Positions 57,916 through 64,000 of a DNA stretch of 64,000 bases are shown piece after piece. The DNA comes from Gammaproteobacteria bacterium. GTDB taxonomy: Bacteria > Pseudomonadota > Gammaproteobacteria > UBA4575. Within the stretch, counting starts at the first letter, position 1, and every line of letters begins with the position of its first letter. The stretch lies in the NCBI GenBank assembly GCA_041576975.1, contig JBFGJY010000003.1, forward strand, positions 997 through 64,996, written 5' to 3'. The position numbers were made by a program, and so were the translations under genes. The notes below the pieces were generated by a model. It saw only the letters and a list, made by a program, of their open reading frames with translations. It was not told where the DNA came from and ran no database searches.

Positions 57916-58842
57916 ATGCAGGGATTTGAACACTTTAGTAATGGCGATTGGTTGTTGTTAATCGCGTTATGCATTGGTGTTGTCATTACTCTGCTTGGTT
58001 CGATTCGAATGTTACATCGTGCACGTCTTATCGAAGACATGCCCACCTCTAAAGTTCGTTCTGCTCCACAAGGCTATGTAGAATTATATGGAACTGCAAA
58101 GTGGCTCGATGGCCCGCAAATCTTTGCGCCTTTAACCGGGCTGCCCTGTGCATGGTACTCCTACTCTATTGAAGAACGTAGTCACCACGACAAACGGAGA
58201 TGGCGGCGTATTGATCATGGTGTAAGTGATCATTTATTTTTACTAGAAGATGACACCGGCGCATGCGTAATCGACCCTGAAGATGCTGAAGTTACACCTA
58301 GCATTAGGGAAACTTGGTATGGGTCTAAATCAGCAAGCCCGGTAGATGCTTCCAAAGTTCATTCATCAATAAGTATCTTGAGCAAAACTCTAGCTCGAAC
58401 GGGAGCGCCATATCGTTATTCAGAACAACGACTAAATGTTAACGAGCCACTTTATGCAATAGGGGAATTTAACTCTGTGGGCACGGATTATCGAAAAGAG
58501 GTCGATCACTTAGTACGAGATTTTTTATATAAACTTAAACGTGATAAGAAAAAATTGGCGCAATATGACACAAACCAGGATGGAAATGTTGATCAGGAAG
58601 AGTGGGAACAAGCAAGAAATGACGCTCAAAAATCCGCGTTAAAAGAGCAATTAAACAACCCTTTACCTAAATCAACGCATTTATTAAAAAAACCCAAAAC
58701 AAGAAAACACCAGCCTTTTTTACTGTCTGCTAAAGCAGAAGCTCTTTTATCTCGCAACAATCGTATTTTTTCATTTAGTTTAGCAATTTTATTTTTTGTT
58801 TTAGTGCTTGGCATTTTTTTCAAATTGTTCGTCTGGATGTAA
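57916..58842 (+). CDS. GIDE-domain-like two-TM membrane protein with a canonical EF-hand loop
   Basis: N- and C-terminal TM helices. A central region typical of bacterial GIDE proteins that partner LemA. DTNQDGNVDQEE fits the EF-hand D-x-N-x-D-G-x-V-D-x-x-E consensus. Confidence 0.45.
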   Translation: MQGFEHFSNGDWLLLIALCIGVVITLLGSIRMLHRARLIEDMPTSKVRSAPQGYVELYGTAKWLDGPQIFAPLTGLPCAWYSYSIEERSHHDKRRWRRIDHGVSDHLFLLEDDTGACVIDPEDAEVTPSIRETWYGSKSASPVDASKVHSSISILSKTLARTGAPYRYSEQRLNVNEPLYAIGEFNSVGTDYRKEVDHLVRDFLYKLKRDKKKLAQYDTNQDGNVDQEEWEQARNDAQKSALKEQLNNPLPKSTHLLKKPKTRKHQPFLLSAKAEALLSRNNRIFSFSLAILFFVLVLGIFFKLFVWM

Positions 58843-58893
58843 GCCTATAAAAAATAATTTCACGGTATTCTAGTTAAGGCATAATGCTTCGGT

Positions 58894-59550
58894 ATGAAGA
58901 AGCGTATGTCAGCAGTAGTGGTTATCGTTATTGGGAGCCTAAGCGGGCCTTTATTTGCCGAACAGATAGCATATATAACTGACTCATTACGCTTGCGCTT
59001 GTACACAAATCCAAGCACTGCTAGTGAGATCATCCATACTTTAGAAAGTGGAGATTCTGTGGTGGTGCTTAATAGCCAGGGGGCATTTAGCCAAGTACGC
59101 ACTGATGCGGATTCTACGGGTTGGGTGAAATCCGCATTTTTAGTTGAAGAACCACCGGCAAAATTACTTTATTACACGGTAAGCGAACAAAACAAACAAC
59201 TCGAGCAACAAATTAAAGAACTCCAAAACAACGCAGCGAACAAAAACGATGTTGAGACAAACCAGATAATTCAACTAGAGCAGGCTTTAGTAGAGCAGCA
59301 ACAGACCAACCATCTGTTACAGGAGGAGATCAGTTCATTAAAGCAAAAGAGCCAACGACAAGACTCCTTTGATAGTAATATTGATTCGAATCACTCCAAT
59401 GCGACGATAAATTTGGCTAGATCTTTTTCAAAACACATTTTGATAGCTGCTAGCATAATTGCAGGGCTATTGTTATTTGGTTTTTTAGTAGGCATAAAAT
59501 TCTCGTCATGGCGAATGCAAAAGCGCTTACATGGGTTTCGATTGGGCTAG
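58894..59550 (+). CDS. SH3b-domain protein (YgiM-like): signal peptide, SH3, coiled coil, C-terminal TM anchor
   Basis: …YITDSLRLRLYTNPSTASEIIHTLESGDSVVVLNSQGAFSQVRTDADSTGWVKSAFL is an SH3_3 pattern. The Q-rich coiled coil and terminal hydrophobic helix resemble E. coli YgiM. Confidence 0.6.
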   Translation: MKKRMSAVVVIVIGSLSGPLFAEQIAYITDSLRLRLYTNPSTASEIIHTLESGDSVVVLNSQGAFSQVRTDADSTGWVKSAFLVEEPPAKLLYYTVSEQNKQLEQQIKELQNNAANKNDVETNQIIQLEQALVEQQQTNHLLQEEISSLKQKSQRQDSFDSNIDSNHSNATINLARSFSKHILIAASIIAGLLLFGFLVGIKFSSWRMQKRLHGFRLG

Positions 59551-59700
59551 CCAATATATTGCACAACACCATCTGAAATGTCAGCCAAATTGCTCCACAA
59601 TAACGAATGAAGAAATTTATTAAGGCGTGGCAATACCACCATTTAATATGCGCGTAGTACCTACGCGCAAGGGTGGCGCTATACACAAGCTTGCTGGCAA

Positions 59701-60465
59701 ATGAAGATTGCTTCATGGAATGTAAATTCATTACGCGTTCGCCTACCGCAAGTACTAGATTGGCTAAAAGACAATCCTGTGGATGTGCTTGCCCTACAAG
59801 AAACTAAACTCGTCGATGAAGACTTTCCAGTTACTGAAATTAATCAGGCAGGTTACCAAGTTAAGTATTCTGGTCAGAAAACCTATAATGGGGTAGCAGT
59901 TTTATCAAAACAGGCAAGCACGAATGCAATCAAAGACATTAAAGGTCTGGATGACCCGCAAAGGCGTATTTTAGCTGTTACTGTTGATGATGTGCGAGTG
60001 TTAAACCTCTATGTAGTAAATGGTTTAGAAGTAGGTTCCGAAAAGTATGCATATAAACTCGACTGGCTTAAAAAAGTAACTGCATATATAAAAAAAGACC
60101 TAACAAAATACCCAAATTATGTTGTGCTAGGAGATTTTAATATTGCCCCCGAAGACCGAGATGTGCATGATCCGGTATCTTGGAGGGAAAAAATTTTATG
60201 TAGCACCAAAGAACGCAAAGCCTTACAGGGTATACTTGACCTAGGCTTGGTCGACACATTTAGGTTATTTGAGCAAGAAGAAAATAGTTTTAGTTGGTGG
60301 GATTATCGCGCGGCTGCATTTCGACGAAATCTGGGGTTGCGTATTGATCTGATTCTGGCAAGTAGGCCCATGGAGGCAATCTGTAGGTACAGCACAATCG
60401 ATAAAGAGCCACGACGCAACGAACGGCCGTCAGATCACGCACCAGTCATTGCAGACTTCTTGTAA
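59701..60465 (+). CDS. xthA: exodeoxyribonuclease III
   Basis: MKIASWNVNSLRVRL… and a C-terminal …RPSDHAPV… EEP-family motif. 254 aa. Confidence 0.9.
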   Translation: MKIASWNVNSLRVRLPQVLDWLKDNPVDVLALQETKLVDEDFPVTEINQAGYQVKYSGQKTYNGVAVLSKQASTNAIKDIKGLDDPQRRILAVTVDDVRVLNLYVVNGLEVGSEKYAYKLDWLKKVTAYIKKDLTKYPNYVVLGDFNIAPEDRDVHDPVSWREKILCSTKERKALQGILDLGLVDTFRLFEQEENSFSWWDYRAAAFRRNLGLRIDLILASRPMEAICRYSTIDKEPRRNERPSDHAPVIADFL

Positions 60466-60790
60466 CCATAATGAATGATTGAGGCATTAAATGCTGTTAA
60501 ATTCGTAAAAATTGTTTAAATTATAATTTCAAATTTCATGGTTTGGCGGTTCAAACATAATATGACAGCCGCCAGGTAGCAACAGATTGATGTCATCTGC
60601 TAAAGCTGAAAATACACCACGCAGTCTGAGTTTGACATTGTCGATTGAGAGCACTGATTCACATGCTATCGATAATTCAATCAGAGTTTGTTTTGGCTAT
60701 AAAAATTAGCCTCAAAAATATTTACACTTGGCACAGCGATGCAGGTAAGAGAAACTCCGTTTTACACATTTCACATTTAGGGAAGGATCA

Positions 60791-61429
60791 ATGCGCACTA
60801 TCTTGATAATGAATTCAAAAGGTGGCTCGGGCAAAACTACAATTGCAACTAATCTAGCCTCTTATCTTGCAACTCAAAAGAAAAAAGTTGTTTTGATGGA
60901 TTATGATCCACAAGGCAGCAGCATGTCTTGGCTCGAAGCCCGTTCCCCAGCACGACCTCCAATACAGGGTATTGCTGCCTATAAAAGGTCGGCGAGACGG
61001 CCTAGTCGTAATTCTGAATATGTGATTATCGATGCCCCAGCAGCTCTACATGGCGGAGCACTCAGCAAAATGGTGAGAAAAGCGCAGACAATTTTGATTC
61101 CCGTATTGCCTTCTCCAATCGACATGCGCGCTGCGATTGATTTCATGGCTGATATTAAAAAATCTGCACCAGTGCAACACAAAAAAGCCAAGCTTGCATT
61201 AATAGCCAATCGCTCACGCGACTATACAAACATTTATTGGGAGCTAGATGATTTCCTCAGTCACCAGCGAGTGCCGTTTTTGACTATGTTGCGAGACAGC
61301 CAGAATTATATTCGAGCTGCTGAACGAGGTTTAGGAATATTTGAGATGGCGCCTGCAGCTACCGACTTAGACCGCGAACAGTGGCAGCCTGTCGTAAAAT
61401 GGGTTAAAAGTAAGCGCAGTCAGCCCTAA
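60791..61429 (+). CDS. orphan ParA/MinD-family ATPase (212 aa)
   Basis: Deviant Walker A NSKGGSGKTTIATNLA. No adjacent parB. Confidence 0.7.
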   Translation: MRTILIMNSKGGSGKTTIATNLASYLATQKKKVVLMDYDPQGSSMSWLEARSPARPPIQGIAAYKRSARRPSRNSEYVIIDAPAALHGGALSKMVRKAQTILIPVLPSPIDMRAAIDFMADIKKSAPVQHKKAKLALIANRSRDYTNIYWELDDFLSHQRVPFLTMLRDSQNYIRAAERGLGIFEMAPAATDLDREQWQPVVKWVKSKRSQP

Positions 61430-61490
61430 ACTTTGCGGGCTGGCATGCAAAATTGCCTCATTTTCTAATTTTGATCGTCATACAAAGGGA

Positions 61491-62042
61491 GTGTATATGG
61501 TGATTAGATTTAAGCTGTTGCAGACTAATATGCGAGGCTTGAGGTTTTTATTGCTGTGCATATTTATATTGGTTAATAGCAACACATTAGCGATGACTGA
61601 AACTGATTCAATTGGCAAGGCCGATTATGTAGTTGTAAAAAAGGCCGAGCGTAAACTCTATCTCTATCGTGGCATTGATGTTATTAAAACGTATCATGTC
61701 TCGTTGGGCAAGCAACCAGACGGGCATAAGAGACGTTCGGGAGATTCGCGTACTCCTGAAGGAATATATACCTTAGATTGGCGCAATCCGAATAGTAAAT
61801 TTTTTCGTTCAATACATGTTTCATATCCCAGCATCAGTGATCGTCGCGATGCACGTGAACGAGGTGATTCGCCCGGTGGCGAAATTATGATTCATGGTCA
61901 ACCCACTAACTGGGTTGAGAAAACTAAACTATTATTTCATGATGATGATTGGACTGAAGGCTGTATTGCCGTACAGAATCATGAAATGTTAGAAATTTGG
62001 GATGCCGTGGATGATGGTACGCCTGTTGAAATTCTTCCTTAA
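61491..62042 (+). CDS. L,D-transpeptidase (YkuD-domain) family protein
   Basis: Signal peptide. Catalytic-site region …IMIHGQPTNWV…TEGCIAVQNHEM… (H…GC motif). Confidence 0.7.
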   Translation: MYMVIRFKLLQTNMRGLRFLLLCIFILVNSNTLAMTETDSIGKADYVVVKKAERKLYLYRGIDVIKTYHVSLGKQPDGHKRRSGDSRTPEGIYTLDWRNPNSKFFRSIHVSYPSISDRRDARERGDSPGGEIMIHGQPTNWVEKTKLLFHDDDWTEGCIAVQNHEMLEIWDAVDDGTPVEILP

Positions 62043-62063
62043 AATTCTTGATAACTTAAATTC

Positions 62064-62801
62064 TTATTTAGCAAAAACTTTTTTTAGTAAATCAGTTGTT
62101 CGAGCTACTGGGTCTTGTCTGATCTTCGCCTCTTCTACCGCCAAGTAATGAAAGATTCCGTCCATGCCCTTTTCGACCACATAACTACTTAGGTCAGCTT
62201 TGGCATCGGGGACTAACGGAATTTTTTTGTATTGCCCAATCGCATTATCATAGCTTTTAATTGCACCGGCTTCTGCCAAACTATCATTTACGATAGGTGT
62301 AAATTCCTCGACTAAATCAGGTGTCATCTTCGATTGAAAATAGCGTGTCGCGGCATCATCGGGGCCCCCTAAAATATTGCGCGCATCATCTAAAGTCATT
62401 GCTGAGATTGCATTGAAAAACAACTCCTTGGCTTTAGGCGTGGCAATTTCTGCAGCACGATTTAAGCGCGTTTCTAAATCGTCCAACATATTGCTCATGC
62501 CTACTTTGTCCAAAGTGGATTGTACTTTCTTCAAGCTGTTGGGTAATGGAATATGAATGTTTGGATCGGCATTAAAGCCATCTGTGGTCCCGAGTTGATT
62601 TACCACTACATCAGAACCCACATGTAACGCTTCTTTAAGACCCGAGGCAATCTCAGAGTCGGTTAAATTTGAACCTGATGATGTAACACCTGAGTCTTTT
62701 AGCAGATCTTTGGCTTTATCAACCCAACCAGCTTGTAAGGAAGTTAGAATAGAAAAACTTGCAAATGTAACAAATGCAACTATTAACAATTTAAACTTCA
62801 T
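62064..62801 (-). CDS. periplasmic DUF4197-like protein
   Basis: Signal peptide. …LTDSEIASGLKEALHVGSDVVVNQLG… resembles the DUF4197 family. The family call is from memory. Confidence 0.5.
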   Translation of the reverse strand: MKFKLLIVAFVTFASFSILTSLQAGWVDKAKDLLKDSGVTSSGSNLTDSEIASGLKEALHVGSDVVVNQLGTTDGFNADPNIHIPLPNSLKKVQSTLDKVGMSNMLDDLETRLNRAAEIATPKAKELFFNAISAMTLDDARNILGGPDDAATRYFQSKMTPDLVEEFTPIVNDSLAEAGAIKSYDNAIGQYKKIPLVPDAKADLSSYVVEKGMDGIFHYLAVEEAKIRQDPVARTTDLLKKVFAK

Positions 62802-62829
62802 TGTGATTCTCCTATTTTGATTTGTTATT

Positions 62830-64000
62830 TTATATTTTGACTTTCATTGATTCTTTTCGTTCCAAAAAATTTTCACTTTTACTCCATATGTAGATTGCAA
62901 GTAGTACAGCGGGTATACCAAGTAAGCCTGCATAAATAAAGAAGTTTATATAACCAACATCGTCTACGATTTTTCCAGAAAATCCTCCAATGAATTTAGC
63001 TGGTAACAACATCAAAGAACTAAATAAGGCATATTGTGTTGCGGTATAAGCGCGATTCGTGAGGCTGGATAAATAGGCAATAAATGTAGAGCCTGCAATT
63101 CCGGCGCTTAAATTATCTGCGGTAATCACCAGTGCGAGTAAAATAATTTCTGGGCCTTGTGTTGCTAACCAAGCAAAAACCAAATTGGTAATTACCACTA
63201 AGATTGCAGAAACAATCAGCATGCGCATGAAACCATAGCGCATGACGAGTACTCCACCTAATAGCGCCCCAAATATGGTGATGAACACACCAAAGGTTTT
63301 TGAAACAAGGCCAATTTGTGTCGCGGTATATCCCATGTCTGCATAGAAGGGATTAGCCATGACACCCATGGTGATATCACTAATTCGAAATACTCCAATG
63401 AAAACCAAAATAATTAAAGCAGCTGCAACACCATTACGCGCAAAGAAATCTGTAAATGGACAAATCACAGCACCTATAATCCAAGCAATGAGATAACGCA
63501 TGCGTTCAGGGATATGCGAAGAACCTTCAAGAAATTTGACTACACGTTCCTCTTGTAACCAAGTTTGTTGATTAATGTTTCGTTCAGGCTCTGTGATGAG
63601 TAAAGTTGTAATTAATCCAACAAACATGGCAAATCCCATCGCCGTGTACGCAGTGCCCCATGAGAAACTCCCTGCAATCAGAAATGCACCACCTCCAGAT
63701 AAAATTAATCCAAGGCGATAGCCCAATTGATAGGTGCCCGCCATCGCGCCTTGTTGATTAACCGGCGCTACCTCAATTCGCCAAGCATCGATACTGATAT
63801 CTTGTGTCGCCGAGGAAAAGGCAACCAGTAATGCAAACAACACTAAAGCCGCCAGTTCTGTCATAGGATCACTATTGGCCATCATCCATAAGCCAATGAT
63901 GATTCCAATTTGTGCCAACAACATCCAACTACGACGTTGTCCTAACCAATTAGTTAAAAATGGAATTGATAAACGATCTACTAGAGGTGCCCATACAAAT
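62830..64000 (-). CDS. ampG: AmpG-family MFS permease (muropeptide transporter-like), 5'-partial at window edge
   Basis: Polytopic MFS with …FSSATQDISIDAWRIEV… typical of AmpG. The reading frame continues to position 64000, so the N-terminus lies outside the window. Confidence 0.7.
   Translation of the reverse strand, partial: FVWAPLVDRLSIPFLTNWLGQRRSWMLLAQIGIIIGLWMMANSDPMTELAALVLFALLVAFSSATQDISIDAWRIEVAPVNQQGAMAGTYQLGYRLGLILSGGGAFLIAGSFSWGTAYTAMGFAMFVGLITTLLITEPERNINQQTWLQEERVVKFLEGSSHIPERMRYLIAWIIGAVICPFTDFFARNGVAAALIILVFIGVFRISDITMGVMANPFYADMGYTATQIGLVSKTFGVFITIFGALLGGVLVMRYGFMRMLIVSAILVVITNLVFAWLATQGPEIILLALVITADNLSAGIAGSTFIAYLSSLTNRAYTATQYALFSSLMLLPAKFIGGFSGKIVDDVGYINFFIYAGLLGIPAVLLAIYIWSKSENFLERKESMKVKI

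Overview
This window reads as a low-GC gammaproteobacterial chromosome spanning the replication-origin neighbourhood. I could not run any searches, so every call below comes from reading the sequence.

The right half is a conserved, origin-proximal backbone.
- On the minus strand, from about 32.1 kb to 50.8 kb, the order is glmS-glmU, atpCDGAHFEBI, parB-parA, rsmG-mnmG-mnmE, yidC-yidD-rnpA-rpmH.
- On the plus strand follow dnaA-dnaN-recF-gyrB, then lemA, a GIDE-like EF-hand membrane protein, an SH3 (YgiM-like) protein, xthA, an orphan ParA-like ATPase, an L,D-transpeptidase, a DUF4197-like protein and a 5'-partial ampG-like MFS transporter.
- The dnaA-dnaN spacer holds a perfect DnaA box (TTATCCACA), and two near-consensus parS sites lie inside recF.

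The left half is more accessory.
- It carries a Tas-like aldo/keto reductase, a possible FIST protein and a SulP/STAS anion transporter.
- Next is a thiamine block (trmB, thiG, a membrane ORF, thiS, thiO), in which an opposite-strand membrane ORF sits between thiS and thiG.
- Then come a Cys-less Fur-family regulator, tRNA-Thr(CGU), a cupin, a PqiA-like membrane protein and a sterol-desaturase-family gene.
- A phosphoribulokinase gene is decayed by a nonsense codon at position 4 and two frameshifts.

The most interesting feature is a roughly 13-kb co-directional cluster at about 12.9-26.4 kb. Its core, at 16.6-23.5 kb, encodes:
- a degenerate-FHA / TM / PEGA-repeat / FGE-sulfatase (SUMF1) protein;
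- a small secreted protein;
- a MotA/TolQ/ExbB-family proton channel;
- a degenerate Hsp70-like ATPase-fold protein;
- two paralogous proteins whose N-terminal TM helix carries the ExbD/TolR/MotB-type conserved Asp, followed by a coiled coil and a vWA (MIDAS) domain.

This looks like a stator-like, proton-motive-force-driven unit that carries vWA domains. I do not recognise it as any described system. It is flanked by lipoproteins, a TPR/PEGA membrane protein, and a metzincin-Fn3 protein that ends in a GlyGly-CTERM-like sorting tail.

A roughly 34-bp imperfect-palindromic, REP-like element occurs at least four times, three of them directly after stop codons.

No CRISPR array, rRNA gene or obvious IS/transposase was seen.
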